DNA of 59,340 nt from a virus (IMGVR_UViG_3300010373_000051:1-59340), one strand, 5' to 3'. Shown: positions 26,983 to 36,737, numbered from the stretch's first letter. Program-made: numbers and translations. The notes: generated from the sequence alone by a model not told the origin.

Positions 26983-27914
26983 TTGCTACTCTCCTTCTCT
27001 GCATCCTTCATTGCCTTCTGAGCCAGTCTAACGTCACGGAGGGAAGTAAACAACTGGAAACCCGCGTCAATTTCGCGCTGAGGGATTACGTGCATCTTGC
27101 AGAACGGCTCAATCCACTCTCCGTACTTGCCGATTTCTCCGGGGCGAACCTGGATCACAGCGTACTGCTGGAAGTCCGGGATGGGCTCCTCCACGAACCA
27201 TCCGGACTCCTGTCCGCCGTACTCTTCTGCGACCTTAGGCTGGAGCTTGTGCTTGATAGCGCCCTCTGTACCCTCCGGCACCTCCCGAGCAGATGTTAGC
27301 GCCGCTCCGATAGCTGCGAGCTGTGCCTTGTGGCTTGACTGGATGTTACGAGAAGTCTTTGCATCTCCCAAGGTAACTACCCCGTCGATAATCGCAGTGA
27401 GGTCGCCGGTACCTGCGTACCCATCCCCGAACACGGTACGCTCAGTGGAAAGTACTTCAATCTCGTGCTGGGACTCCCAAAGATGAAACGCCTCGACCAT
27501 CTGGTAGTGGTCTTCCCGGATCGGCTCCTCGGGGAACCCCCCGTTGAAGTAGTCCTCGATGTAAGCGTGAATCCAGGTCCCTGCCTCTGCGGCCTCGTTC
27601 AACGCATACTCAGCGGAGTTCCACAGGTCCAGGTCAGCGGGAAGTTCATCGTGCTTCTGAGGCGTAAGGAACTTTGGAACGGCCTGAAGGTACCGGTACC
27701 CTACCTCTACGTCTTTTGACGCGATCTCGTCAATGTGCGTTACCGCAAACGCGGCAATCTGCTGGCGCTCCCAGGCTCGGATACCTGGCTTGTCCTCTGC
27801 TCCGAGTGCAGTGGTGATACTCATGAGGGTCTTACCGTCATTGACCCCAAAAATGTCGGCGTACCCGCGACCCCCGAAACCGCTTGCTGCGATGCTTAGC
27901 TTTGGTGAACTCAT
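26979..27914 (-). CDS. PD-(D/E)XK exonuclease (RecB/lambda-exo-like)
   Basis: SITT, GTWIH, YAGTGD, DAKTS and QLAA motifs; near ERF. Confidence 0.85.
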   Translation of the reverse strand: MSSPKLSIAASGFGGRGYADIFGVNDGKTLMSITTALGAEDKPGIRAWERQQIAAFAVTHIDEIASKDVEVGYRYLQAVPKFLTPQKHDELPADLDLWNSAEYALNEAAEAGTWIHAYIEDYFNGGFPEEPIREDHYQMVEAFHLWESQHEIEVLSTERTVFGDGYAGTGDLTAIIDGVVTLGDAKTSRNIQSSHKAQLAAIGAALTSAREVPEGTEGAIKHKLQPKVAEEYGGQESGWFVEEPIPDFQQYAVIQVRPGEIGKYGEWIEPFCKMHVIPQREIDAGFQLFTSLRDVRLAQKAMKDAEKESSK

Positions 27915-27977
27915 TACCCCTCCTTCCTACGTCAAGGGCGGAGCCGTCTTGATGACAACCCCGCCCACACTACCTAT

Positions 27978-28151
27978 CTACTCGCCGGTGGAGTACCCAG
28001 TTGTAACTTCGCCACCGTCAGTAACGCTGACACGGACACCCTTGTACCTCTTTAACTCAAGAACTGCTCGGGTGAGTACGGTGTCTATCGCCTCGAAATG
28101 CTCTTCTTCGACATTCGTAAGGTCTATCTCTACCTTTACGTCGTTGTTCAT
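27978..28151 (-). CDS. Hypothetical 57-aa protein (not in track)
   Basis: MNNDVKVEIDL...; TGATG coupling. Confidence 0.5.
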   Translation of the reverse strand: MNNDVKVEIDLTNVEEEHFEAIDTVLTRAVLELKRYKGVRVSVTDGGEVTTGYSTGE

Positions 28152-28789
28152 CACGCCACCTCACCCTTCTTCAGACGGTCGTAGACTACCGCCCATGCGG
28201 CCTCACCCTTCTTGCCATCCGCCTTTGCGACTTCAAGCAGCCCGTTGATCTGCTCGCGGGTAAACGGAGGCTCACTTACATCCAGGAACTCAGCCTTAAT
28301 CTTAGCCTGCGAGGGTGGCAGCTTGGCGGCAGGTGCTGCGGCGGGCTTTCGGTTCTGCGCCTTCTGGACCGCGGCGGGCGGCTGTGCCGAAGCAGCGTTA
28401 CCATCATCATCCGCGTCAGCAACTACCCCCGTAAGTGCCCCAAGACCATATCGGCGGTAGTAGGTCACTGCGCTCCCGACCTTCTGTGGCTGAGTATCTG
28501 TGATGATGAACTCAATCGAAAGTGATTCCCCCGAGACGTGGAGAAGCGTAGGGGTGAGGATCATCTTGCCGTCCTCGATCCGGGAGGGCGCGCTGTATCC
28601 CATGCCGTGCTCAGAGAGCTTGGGGAGCACGACACTTGACAGGTTTCCTAGCGTCGTAAACTTACTTCCGAAGTGTGGGTTCTTACCGTCCTCGGTAACG
28701 GTCGGCAGGTCCTTCTGGAAATCTGCCAGGGCCTTTGCGATCTTTGCGGTACTCATCTTCTGCTCTCCTTCAATGTATGCGGTTGCCAT
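28151..28789 (-). CDS. erf: ERF family ssDNA-annealing protein (alternative start 28756)
   Basis: KNPHFGSKF, QKVGSAVTYYRRY and DDDGNAAS ERF signature. Confidence 0.92.
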   Translation of the reverse strand: MATAYIEGEQKMSTAKIAKALADFQKDLPTVTEDGKNPHFGSKFTTLGNLSSVVLPKLSEHGMGYSAPSRIEDGKMILTPTLLHVSGESLSIEFIITDTQPQKVGSAVTYYRRYGLGALTGVVADADDDGNAASAQPPAAVQKAQNRKPAAAPAAKLPPSQAKIKAEFLDVSEPPFTREQINGLLEVAKADGKKGEAAWAVVYDRLKKGEVA

Positions 28790-28837
28790 ATCAGTTGTTC
28801 TCCTTCTCTCGATTCGGTCTACAGTCTAACACGTCTT

Positions 28838-29110
28838 TCAGTTCGGCTCTAGCCCCAGTTTGTTGCGAACCTGGATGACGTAGTGGACGGTGCATCCGTG
28901 TCTCTCTGAGATTACCTTGTCAGTAATCCCGTCGAGAACGTCACTTTGAATCGCCTGCTGAAGAGCAGTGGTTGCAACCCCTACTTGCGTAGCGTTATTG
29001 AGCAACGTCTTCAGGAACTTTTCTGCGGTCATCCCAGCGTCCTTGGCTCGCCCCTCAAACTCCAGTGCAAGCGGGATCGAGATGTCTGCGTGCTGATTAA
29101 TAGTCGCCAT
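28838..29110 (-). CDS. Putative HTH DNA-binding protein
   Basis: GITDKVISERHGCTVHYVIQVRNKLGL HTH-like segment. Confidence 0.55.
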   Translation of the reverse strand: MATINQHADISIPLALEFEGRAKDAGMTAEKFLKTLLNNATQVGVATTALQQAIQSDVLDGITDKVISERHGCTVHYVIQVRNKLGLEPN

Positions 29111-29432
29111 CCTCGTCCTCCGGGTCCGGGAACTCCTTATCCAGCTCCTCCCGGAACTTCCTCACTTCTTCGTTCACGCTGTTGTCCAGAATCTCATCCG
29201 CCTTGCTCAGTGCGTCACGCATTACATCTTCGACCTGGCTCCGGGGAGTATACGAACCCACTGCGGACACCTGTACCAGGATGTCGATAGCTTCAGCGGT
29301 GGAGGTCACCCCTGTCGCAGACTCCAGATGCTGGATAAGTTGGATCACCGCAATCTTTACTTGACGCCCATCTGACTGCGCAATAATCGTCTTCGCCATC
29401 CAGCTCGGGCTCTCAAAACCGTAATCAATCAT
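29097..29432 (-). CDS. Hypothetical protein
   Basis: Coupled ORF. Confidence 0.6.
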   Translation of the reverse strand: MIDYGFESPSWMAKTIIAQSDGRQVKIAVIQLIQHLESATGVTSTAEAIDILVQVSAVGSYTPRSQVEDVMRDALSKADEILDNSVNEEVRKFREELDKEFPDPEDEDGDY

Positions 29433-29709
29433 TCAGTTCCTCCTTCGTTCCTCGTGTAATCAGTGCCAGTACCGCGTCTGCCGCGCCAAGGTCAACGTCG
29501 TCCACGATCCCGTACTCCGGATCAGCTGACCACGCGATCGCTTCCGCGATCTGTTCCCGTGTGGGTGTGACCAGTGCAGCACCCCAAACAGCGCCGTCCG
29601 CGAAACCAAGCTTGTAATGCCGGTTCGCCTGATAATCACGCCCCTTTAACCGGAACCGGATCCGTTTCGCTTCTGCTTGTGCGGCGGTACGCACATCAGG
29701 GGCGGTCAC
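29425..29709 (-). CDS. Hypothetical protein (DPEYGIVD motif)
   Basis: GTG start overlapping the upstream stop. Confidence 0.55.
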   Translation of the reverse strand: MTAPDVRTAAQAEAKRIRFRLKGRDYQANRHYKLGFADGAVWGAALVTPTREQIAEAIAWSADPEYGIVDDVDLGAADAVLALITRGTKEELND

Positions 29710-29981
29710 CGGGTCCCCCATTCGCGTTCGCTTTGCCGCCACCACTTCCCGAGTTGTTCGAACAGCCACACTATGGAGGCGCAAGCCAGAAGGATTAGGG
29801 CGACGACCACCAGCAGTGCGATGGGCCACGTAAGGGACCAGGCACCAACGTATGACCAGAGCTCCGAGGTGAAAAACACAAGCGCCAGGGTGAAAACCAC
29901 AACCGCTATCAGAACGAGCACGGCAACCAGTCCGTAGCCAACGCCCTTGGCAGCCTTTCTGATGGCTTTGTACGGGTTCAT
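29706..29981 (-). CDS. Membrane protein
   Basis: Two transmembrane-length hydrophobic segments. Confidence 0.65.
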   Translation of the reverse strand: MNPYKAIRKAAKGVGYGLVAVLVLIAVVVFTLALVFFTSELWSYVGAWSLTWPIALLVVVALILLACASIVWLFEQLGKWWRQSEREWGTR

Positions 29982-30205
29982 TCGTTCTCTCCTTCGTTTC
30001 TTCGGTACGGGTTCTCGGGCTCCGCTTGTCGCCCGACTGCGTAATCGAACGTGAACCGTTCATCCCGCACGCCTTCCTCCCACGCTTCCGCCTTCTCGGC
30101 AGCAAGCCATCGGTCGAACGCTTCGCTGGCATCGTCCATTTGCCAGTCGAACCACTCGACGGCAGCAGCCTTAACCTGTTCCGTGGTCGGCGTGTACCTA
30201 CTCAT
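29978..30205 (-). CDS. Hypothetical phage protein
   Basis: YTPTTEQV...FDRWLA...AEAWEEG...NPYR actinophage-type motifs. Confidence 0.65.
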   Translation of the reverse strand: MSRYTPTTEQVKAAAVEWFDWQMDDASEAFDRWLAAEKAEAWEEGVRDERFTFDYAVGRQAEPENPYRRNEGENE

Positions 30206-30410
30206 AGTCGCATCCATTCGCATCGGCAACGCCTGCATCCCACCCAACGGAGTAGCTGGCGGACGCAAAAGCATCAAGCAACTCATCTGGGACGTCTCCG
30301 TGCTTAGATTCGAACTCGCGGAGTTGAGTGACGCGCTTGCCGCGGCTTACCGTTCTGCGAATTGCAATCGGGTAATCAATCAGGTCTCGCTCCCGGCTTG
30401 TCTTTCTCAT
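30198..30410 (-). CDS. Hypothetical protein
   Basis: Coupled ORF. Confidence 0.5.
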   Translation of the reverse strand: MRKTSRERDLIDYPIAIRRTVSRGKRVTQLREFESKHGDVPDELLDAFASASYSVGWDAGVADANGCDYE

Positions 30411-30700
30411 CTCTCACCGCCTCGCAGCCCCTCAGCGACGGCATGCGCCTTGTCTGCGTACAAGTTGTGCTCTATGTCGGCTTTTCGCATCAGATTCTCA
30501 AGCTTCGCTTCGTCTACCTGCATCGGGCTGGCGTATGCACGCGCTGCGGTTACGGCGTCTCTCATGTCGATTCCGTCTTCCACTCCACATTCGCGCAGCG
30601 TGCGCACCAGAGCAGCCAACCCCACCGCTGGTTCCTGTGGGGTTACACCAGCAGCGGCTTCGACCTGTTCGGGTGTTGGGTTAGTCATCGTACTTCCCAT
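30407..30700 (-). CDS. Hypothetical protein
   Basis: PTPEQVEAAA motif. Confidence 0.55.
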   Translation of the reverse strand: MGSTMTNPTPEQVEAAAGVTPQEPAVGLAALVRTLRECGVEDGIDMRDAVTAARAYASPMQVDEAKLENLMRKADIEHNLYADKAHAVAEGLRGGER

Positions 30701-30963
30701 CCTTCCTCTCCGACGTACAGGGTTCCGACGCCCCGCACTTTACAATAAAACGGCTTAGGGAGGTCCCGGGTTTTCACCAGAACCTCCCGGACCTGCGCCC
30801 ACTTCGGGACTGAAACCCCGTATGAGTCGTACAGGTCGATACTTCCTTCTACGCCTGACCCTGGCGCGTTACTCAGCTCTGTCATTGGGCGGAATGTTCC
30901 CGCATCTACAAGCTCTGGGTCATCTCTTGCAGGGGGGTCTCCGCTCTTAAGGGGTAGGGCCAT
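30685..30963 (-). CDS. Hypothetical protein
   Basis: Coupled ORF. Confidence 0.55.
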   Translation of the reverse strand: MALPLKSGDPPARDDPELVDAGTFRPMTELSNAPGSGVEGSIDLYDSYGVSVPKWAQVREVLVKTRDLPKPFYCKVRGVGTLYVGEEGWEVR

Positions 30964-31199
30964 TAATCCGACTCCACCTGTTCGATCTTCACAAACTCGT
31001 ACTCCTCGGACTTGCGTTCTGCATAAGCTTCGGCGTCGGAGCTACGCCTGAAACTGCGAACGTACCTCCAGCTTATATCTGAGATAACGCGTTCCCAGGT
31101 TGACTCCGCACCGCCGTACTCTCCTAGGTATTCAATCTCCTCGGCCTCCCCGACGAATACCTTGTAGGGCCTCTCGATTATCTTCGGGTACTCGCTCAT
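30963..31199 (-). CDS. Hypothetical protein
   Basis: Coupled ORF. Confidence 0.55.
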   Translation of the reverse strand: MSEYPKIIERPYKVFVGEAEEIEYLGEYGGAESTWERVISDISWRYVRSFRRSSDAEAYAERKSEEYEFVKIEQVESD

Positions 31200-31378
31200 C
31201 CGTTTACCTCTTCAACGTGGTCCGCATGAAACTCTCGGATATCTTCCTCGGTGTGAGCGTGGAACGTGATCTGCCCCACCCATACCCCCTCGTCGGACCA
31301 ATCCGGATCAGAGCAACTGCACTCCCCGATGATACCGAGCCCGGCTGGCAACTTCTCGATTGTAAGTTCGTGGTCCAT
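31196..31378 (-). CDS. Hypothetical small metal-binding protein
   Basis: CSC...HxxH; AAGGAG RBS. Confidence 0.55.
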   Translation of the reverse strand: MDHELTIEKLPAGLGIIGECSCSDPDWSDEGVWVGQITFHAHTEEDIREFHADHVEEVNG

Positions 31379-31411
31379 GGTACTCTCCTTTCCTCTTGCG
31401 GCTAGTCTACA

Positions 31412-31786
31412 CTAAGCGCCGGTACTTCCAAAGCCGTTCTCGCCCCGGTCTGAAACTGAGCCGGGTGAATATGCTGACAACGGCACTACTACCATCTGAG
31501 CAATACGGTCTCCCTTACGAACGGGGAACGGATCAGACCCAACCTTGCTCAAGAGCACGCAAATCTCGCCCTTGAACCCTGCGTCAATGATCCCCGGTCC
31601 GTTCACTACGAACACTCCGTACTTCGCTGCGAGTCCCGAACGCGGGCAGATCAGCCCGACGTGCCCTGGCGGGATATCTCCGAAGTCCCCGGTTCGGACT
31701 GTCGTTACTGCGTGACTCCCCACGATAGCCGCGTGCGTAGCTGTCAGGTCCCAGCCCGCATCCAGTTCATGCGCCTTCTGCATCAT
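31412..31786 (-). CDS. dut: Trimeric dUTPase
   Basis: AGWDL, PRSGLA, GIIDAGFKGE, GDRIAQ and RGENGFGSTG motifs. Confidence 0.95.
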   Translation of the reverse strand: MMQKAHELDAGWDLTATHAAIVGSHAVTTVRTGDFGDIPPGHVGLICPRSGLAAKYGVFVVNGPGIIDAGFKGEICVLLSKVGSDPFPVRKGDRIAQMVVVPLSAYSPGSVSDRGENGFGSTGA

Positions 31787-32117
31787 CAACCCACTTCCTC
31801 TCCTGCTTAAAGTCATCGTAGTACGCTTCTTCGTAGTCGTACCCGCTGACCTCCCGGTACGCTCGGAACCGCTGAAGTCGGCGCTCCGTAAGCTGGTAAA
31901 TCCGGAACAACTGCTTCCCGGCCCACCACGACACTAGCTGGGCGTACCTATTACCCACAGGTACGTACTCCCCCTTGCGCTTCGAGCCGACAACCTGCTC
32001 CCAGCTCATCGGGATCTTCATGCCGCGTTTCTCTATCTTGAAGTGAGGTTTCGGTACGCCCTCTGTTCCGTCCCACGGCTCAGGGGGTAGTTCAGGGAAC
32101 AATCCACTGTTACTCAT
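31767..32117 (-). CDS. Hypothetical protein
   Basis: Coupled ORF. Confidence 0.55.
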   Translation of the reverse strand: MSNSGLFPELPPEPWDGTEGVPKPHFKIEKRGMKIPMSWEQVVGSKRKGEYVPVGNRYAQLVSWWAGKQLFRIYQLTERRLQRFRAYREVSGYDYEEAYYDDFKQERKWVDDAEGA

Positions 32118-32430
32118 TCTCCTCAACCTCCTTCTTGATCTCGTCTACGCAATCCAGGAACGAGATTACTACGTCAAAAGCGCCATCCCCACAGATGCCA
32201 TAACCCGCCTGCCATCCCGCGGGGGCGTCAACATACTCGCTAAGGTCTGCGAGCAAAGTCTCAATCTCCTCATGAATTCTCTCTCGAAGATGAATCCTCT
32301 TCCGGATGGGAGCCAGCGCCTCACTGAAGCCCTCCCAATTATCTACTCCTGCCGCCTCTAAAGCTCGAAGCGTCTCTTGAGCTTCCTGGAGCTGCCTCAG
32401 AGTCTCCGTATTAACCTGTACTGTATCCAT
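32110..32430 (-). CDS. Hypothetical phage protein
   Basis: LEAAGVDNWEG motif. Confidence 0.65.
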   Translation of the reverse strand: MDTVQVNTETLRQLQEAQETLRALEAAGVDNWEGFSEALAPIRKRIHLRERIHEEIETLLADLSEYVDAPAGWQAGYGICGDGAFDVVISFLDCVDEIKKEVEENE

Positions 32431-32977
32431 TTTGATCCTCTTTCCCTTGTCCTTGTTCGGTCAGCTTATCACGCTTATCAGCCCTCTTGCGAGCCTTCCA
32501 AGCTTTGTTGTAATCAGACGCCGTTTTCTTGCACTTCACGCATCGACACTTGTAGTTGGAGTACCCGGTCATTGTCCCGTGATTGATCTTCCGCTTACCT
32601 GATTCAAACTCTTCGACCCGGCGCAGTTTCGCTCTTTCCAACGTGTCAGGTTCGATAAACTTTCGGGTGTACCCCGCCTTTCGAGCAGCGTGGGCGGCTT
32701 TGTTCTTTGCGGCTCCCGCGCCCTTACAGGGTTCACATCGGCAGGAGTAGTTAATGTACCCGTTGATCGTCCCGTGTCTCTTATCTCCTTCAGGTAACCC
32801 TTTGCCTCGTATATTTTCAAACGTCTTACACATTCTCTCGTAGTGGTTGGCGCGGCACTCTTCGCACCTGCACCCTCGGTTATAGGTTGAAGGCGTCCCG
32901 TGTTTCGTGGGCTTACCTGTCGGCGTGAAGTCTACCCTTGGGTTGTCAGGGTTCCTATGGTTGTTTGCCACTGTCAC
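32411..32977 (-). CDS. Basic protein with three HGT-x3-Y-x3/4-CRC-x2-C zinc-binding repeats
   Basis: Three repeats visible in the translation. Confidence 0.7.
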   Translation of the reverse strand: MTVANNHRNPDNPRVDFTPTGKPTKHGTPSTYNRGCRCEECRANHYERMCKTFENIRGKGLPEGDKRHGTINGYINYSCRCEPCKGAGAAKNKAAHAARKAGYTRKFIEPDTLERAKLRRVEEFESGKRKINHGTMTGYSNYKCRCVKCKKTASDYNKAWKARKRADKRDKLTEQGQGKEDQNGYSTG

Positions 32978-34530
32978 ACCTTTCTGAGCGTCGCCTGCAA
33001 CGCCAGCCGCTTCGAGAGAGCGTCCGAGTACGCACCGTCTGCGTAACCCAGATCATCCATGAAGATGTGACGCTGAACCTGTCCGAGACCGCCCAAGCGA
33101 TCCTGGCGGGACCGGGCCTGGACGTTGTTGGTTTCGTCAACAGAGCGCTCCATCCAGACCTCGGTTTTGGAGACCTTCTGCAATCCGTCGAGTCCTGTAC
33201 CTCCCGCAGAGATAATCACCACCGCGACCTGGTACTTCGTCCCGAACTGTGCGAGGTCTTCGTCCCGGGTCTTGCGGGTCTTGCCTGAGAACTCAAACGC
33301 TGGGTGACCTGCCTTGTTCAGGCGCTTCACCAATGCGTCCGCCGCAAAGGACTGCGACTCCAAGTACACCACGGTGGGCTCTCCGTCAAGTTCGTCCAGG
33401 AGTTCAAGAAGCTGATCCACGAACGGCGACTTACTCTTTTCGTTCCAGTGCAACGTCTGCTTAATGACTTCGTTGCCGTCAGCGTCCTCAGCTACGTGCT
33501 CTCGCACCTCTGGTTCACCGAGGGTGACCTGTCGCATACGCTGCTTCTGGGTCATCGGGAGATCAACCACGAGTGGGTTGTCATCCAGCCACGCGAGGCC
33601 CTGATTCTCAAGGTCCTTGATTACCGTCTTCTGTCCGCGAGTCAGCTCAATAACGTGCTTAATTTCCTGCGGCTCGTCCAGCGACAAGAAGCCGTCGTAC
33701 CCCTGGACTGCCTTTGAATGGAACCGGCAGCACGCCTCTCGCTTCTTGTGAGTGATGACGCAAGGAGCCTCTGACACAAGCTGTCCCGGGTTGGACTCGT
33801 TGAGCCACTTCTTTGCCGGTACGGGCTTTCCGATATGGGGGACGCCTCGAATGTTCTTACGCCAGTACCCTTCAGGAGGGTTTTGGAACTTCTCCCAGGT
33901 CGTAGGGTACCACTCCCTCGGCGGTATCATGATCTCTTCAAACATCATGCGATCCCGCATCCACAGGAAGTAGTTGTCGTAGGCCACCTGATCCCGGAGG
34001 TACAGTTCCGGCCACAGGAAGCGCATAGTGGCCCACGCCCGCTCGAAGTTGTTGCGCCAGGCCGTCCCGGAAAGAAACAGTCGGCTCTGGAACTTGTCAG
34101 CAAGAGTCTGGAGCTGCTTCTGACCCTTCTTACCTGCGTTGTTGAGGTAGTGTCCCTCGTCCACAATACACAGGTCCCCACCGAACTCTTCAGTTTTGAT
34201 ACGGGTAAGAAGCTGAGGGGTGATGAGGTAAATTCCCTCGTACCCAAACTTGAAGTCGAACATCGCATCCTTCTGCGCCTTGTTCGAGTTACCAATTGTG
34301 CGGGGGGTGATGCCGAGAATCCACTCAGCATCGTCCCGCCATGCCCGCTTGTGCGTCTGCTCTGGTGCGACAACGAGTGTCACCTTTGATCCGCTGTTCT
34401 TGTGCGCCAGGAGAGCTGCTGCGGTCTTACCCCCTCCCGGCTCGATGTTCAGGAGCCCGGTGAAGTTATTCTTCGCGAGAGTAAGCTGATCGTCAACCTG
34501 AAAATCCATCGGGGTGAAGGGGGTAGTCAT
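32974..34530 (-). CDS. SF2 (SNF2-like) helicase
   Basis: GGGKT, DEGH, LSGT, GTGLD and QARSRQDR motifs. Confidence 0.92.
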   Translation of the reverse strand: MTTPFTPMDFQVDDQLTLAKNNFTGLLNIEPGGGKTAAALLAHKNSGSKVTLVVAPEQTHKRAWRDDAEWILGITPRTIGNSNKAQKDAMFDFKFGYEGIYLITPQLLTRIKTEEFGGDLCIVDEGHYLNNAGKKGQKQLQTLADKFQSRLFLSGTAWRNNFERAWATMRFLWPELYLRDQVAYDNYFLWMRDRMMFEEIMIPPREWYPTTWEKFQNPPEGYWRKNIRGVPHIGKPVPAKKWLNESNPGQLVSEAPCVITHKKREACCRFHSKAVQGYDGFLSLDEPQEIKHVIELTRGQKTVIKDLENQGLAWLDDNPLVVDLPMTQKQRMRQVTLGEPEVREHVAEDADGNEVIKQTLHWNEKSKSPFVDQLLELLDELDGEPTVVYLESQSFAADALVKRLNKAGHPAFEFSGKTRKTRDEDLAQFGTKYQVAVVIISAGGTGLDGLQKVSKTEVWMERSVDETNNVQARSRQDRLGGLGQVQRHIFMDDLGYADGAYSDALSKRLALQATLRKV

Positions 34531-34595
34531 CTGTTTAGTTGTTCCAATCTCTTCGGGTTAATCTAGTCCTAGTGCTTCGCGGACCTCATCAGCAA

Positions 34596-34850
34596 TCATG
34601 ACCCCGGCACCACGCCTTGCAGCGCCAGGACGATGCAGCTCATGCAGAGTCCGAAGTCACCGTGTGGACATTGCTGTGCACGCTCGTTCATGATGCGCTG
34701 CTGCTCCACCAGGGCAAGTGTCGCCTCGGCTTGAGCGATCAGTGCGTTGTCGCGCACGGTGAACTCGTATTCGCCGTCCTGCTCCTGTTGAAGGTGCGCC
34801 CACTCGATGTGCTTGCGCGCCTCTACTGCGTGGTCGATACGGTCACTCAA
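34596..34850 (-). CDS. Hypothetical protein
   Basis: AQAEATLALVEQQRI motif. Confidence 0.6.
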   Translation of the reverse strand: MSDRIDHAVEARKHIEWAHLQQEQDGEYEFTVRDNALIAQAEATLALVEQQRIMNERAQQCPHGDFGLCMSCIVLALQGVVPGS

Positions 34851-35274
34851 TAGGTTCTCCTTCCGTCAGTGCGCGAACAGTCGTGCACGGCCATGCGACG
34901 ACAGGGCAATCGGGGTCCCATTGGCAGTGTTCAATCGCGAGGAGCGTTGAGTACTCCGTGCACTCGGCGCAGTAATCCAGGATCGGGCGGCTCTCATCAA
35001 GCTCGTAGTCGCTGTCCACTGCGTAAATGGTTCCCTTGTTGTGCAGTGCTTCGACCCGGGCGATACGGGCAAGAGCGGCGTTAAGTGGAGCCTGGAGTTT
35101 CAAAAGAGCAGCGTCGTGACCGGCGAGTTCAATATCGAACAATGCTTCGTTGACCTCGTAGCGGCGAGCATCTTCTTCACCTTGAGGGAAAGCTGACACG
35201 TAAACTGCCTCTACCTTTTTCCACTGCTCGCCTGCCTCTTCGGCTGCGGCCTGTAGTTCGTCAAGATCAATCAT
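34843..35274 (-). CDS. Hypothetical Zn-binding phage protein
   Basis: IARVEALH...CAEC...WPCTTVRAL motif. Confidence 0.65.
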   Translation of the reverse strand: MIDLDELQAAAEEAGEQWKKVEAVYVSAFPQGEEDARRYEVNEALFDIELAGHDAALLKLQAPLNAALARIARVEALHNKGTIYAVDSDYELDESRPILDYCAECTEYSTLLAIEHCQWDPDCPVVAWPCTTVRALTEGEPIE

Positions 35275-35464
35275 CGTTACTCTCCTGCTCTACTCCGTTT
35301 ACCATGTACCGGGACCAGTACCCCTCTGGGAACGTATCGGTGTACATTCCCTGGTGAGTCTTGTTGAGAGTCAGCGTCCCGTCTTCAAGATCGTGACTCT
35401 CCGCAAAGACTACGATGTGCCGATTGTCGTTCGTAAGTACGTCGTACTGGTTCACTGTCGCCAC
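35267..35464 (-). CDS. Hypothetical protein
   Basis: Coupled ORF. Confidence 0.55.
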   Translation of the reverse strand: MATVNQYDVLTNDNRHIVVFAESHDLEDGTLTLNKTHQGMYTDTFPEGYWSRYMVNGVEQESNDD

Positions 35465-35646
35465 TGCCCTTCTGCGTAGAAGTCGTAGGGCTCAAGCTCC
35501 ACGTCCAGGAAGTCGTTATCGAACGCTTCATCGTCAATCTCTACACAGGTGATAACGTCCGGCTGCGAGTCGTGACGGTAAACGTAGACCCCTTTACCCT
35601 GGGCCTCTGCGTCCCAAGCAAGCTGCTGAAGTTCTTCAGTGTTCAT
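35452..35646 (-). CDS. Hypothetical acidic protein
   Basis: Coupled ORF. Confidence 0.55.
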   Translation of the reverse strand: MNTEELQQLAWDAEAQGKGVYVYRHDSQPDVITCVEIDDEAFDNDFLDVELEPYDFYAEGQWRQ

Positions 35647-36188
35647 TAGTTTCCCTCCTCAGGCCAAATGCGACGGGCTGCGGTGATCTCATGCGAGAGG
35701 CCCACCCGGACGCCTTGAGTGTTCCGAAACCCACCAAACGAGTCCACCGTGAATGGGCGGGTCCGCTTCGGTTCCCCGAGCGGAAGGTACGTCAGCTCCC
35801 ATACCTCGCCGGGCTTCTTGTCATGCCACGGCTTCGGCTCAGGGTGATCTGCAAGGTACTCCTGTGCGACCTCTCGAAGCTCCAAGGTCCATCCTGAGTA
35901 GTCTCGGCTCTTCAACCTCACCGAGAATGAGCGGATGCCGCCATCATGTCGAAAGTGGACTACGTCAAGGTCCGCTACGGCAGTCCACTCTGGGTGTAGC
36001 TGTGATCGCCAGCGTCCGAGTTCCTTATCCTGCTCATGCAGGAAGAACTCCCGCAGGGCGTCCGTGCCGTGGTTCGTCAGGAATGTAGTTAGACCTTCTG
36101 AATCCACTGCGGTTTCGTCATACACGGTCGCATTGGGTCTAATGCGCGTCCCGTTACTCGCCGTAAAGGTCTTTGTTGTATCAGTCAT
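35646..36188 (-). CDS. Hypothetical phage protein
   Basis: ALREFF...LGRWR...HPEPKPWHD...RRIWP motifs. Confidence 0.65.
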   Translation of the reverse strand: MTDTTKTFTASNGTRIRPNATVYDETAVDSEGLTTFLTNHGTDALREFFLHEQDKELGRWRSQLHPEWTAVADLDVVHFRHDGGIRSFSVRLKSRDYSGWTLELREVAQEYLADHPEPKPWHDKKPGEVWELTYLPLGEPKRTRPFTVDSFGGFRNTQGVRVGLSHEITAARRIWPEEGN

Positions 36189-36303
36189 TCTTCGTCCTCC
36201 TCAATTCGTCCGAACCTTGGCCCAGTCAGCCAAGCAAATACGTCTGCGGGTTCTTCGCCGGAGATATGCCCGACGAAATCTGCCTGCTCCCTGATCGTAG
36301 CCA

Positions 36304-36474
36304 TTATGACACCCAGGCCGATGCAATCAAAAACCCTAGGCAGCTTACAATAATCATCGAGGCTACCGCTTTAGTCGTGCGACTCTCATACCTGATGGTG
36401 AACCCTATCGCGGATACGAGAGCCGGGATTACCAGGATCGCCCCGGTCACAAGTAGCTTATCTGAAAGCGTCAT
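36304..36474 (-). CDS. Small membrane protein
   Basis: Two hydrophobic segments; AAGGAG RBS. Confidence 0.55.
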   Translation of the reverse strand: MTLSDKLLVTGAILVIPALVSAIGFTIRYESRTTKAVASMIIVSCLGFLIASAWVS

Positions 36475-36476
36475 TC

Positions 36477-36737
36477 CTACTCCTTCAACTCGTATTCCCA
36501 GGACCATTTCAAGACCCGGTGAACCAACTTCTGTACGTCCTCTCGGGTAAAAGCCCCGATCAGATCGGCGTTTCCATGAGTATCAAGTGACTTCAGTAGC
36601 CACCCGTTTTCCTCGGGAACTACTCGAAGTCTAGCGCCCCGCCCCGTCAGCGTCAAGACGCCCGTAGGGTGCTTCGAGCACCAGATGTTCATGCGCTCGA
36701 TGCTGCTCTCCAAAACCTGCTGTGCGCTATGCATCAT
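36477..36737 (-). CDS. Hypothetical protein
   Basis: Operon-packed ORF. Confidence 0.55.
   Translation of the reverse strand: MMHSAQQVLESSIERMNIWCSKHPTGVLTLTGRGARLRVVPEENGWLLKSLDTHGNADLIGAFTREDVQKLVHRVLKWSWEYELKE

Noticed and set aside
26979-27914. CRISPR-associated Cas4
   Set aside because: Lacks the four Fe-S cysteines, has no cas context, and sits beside an ERF recombinase.
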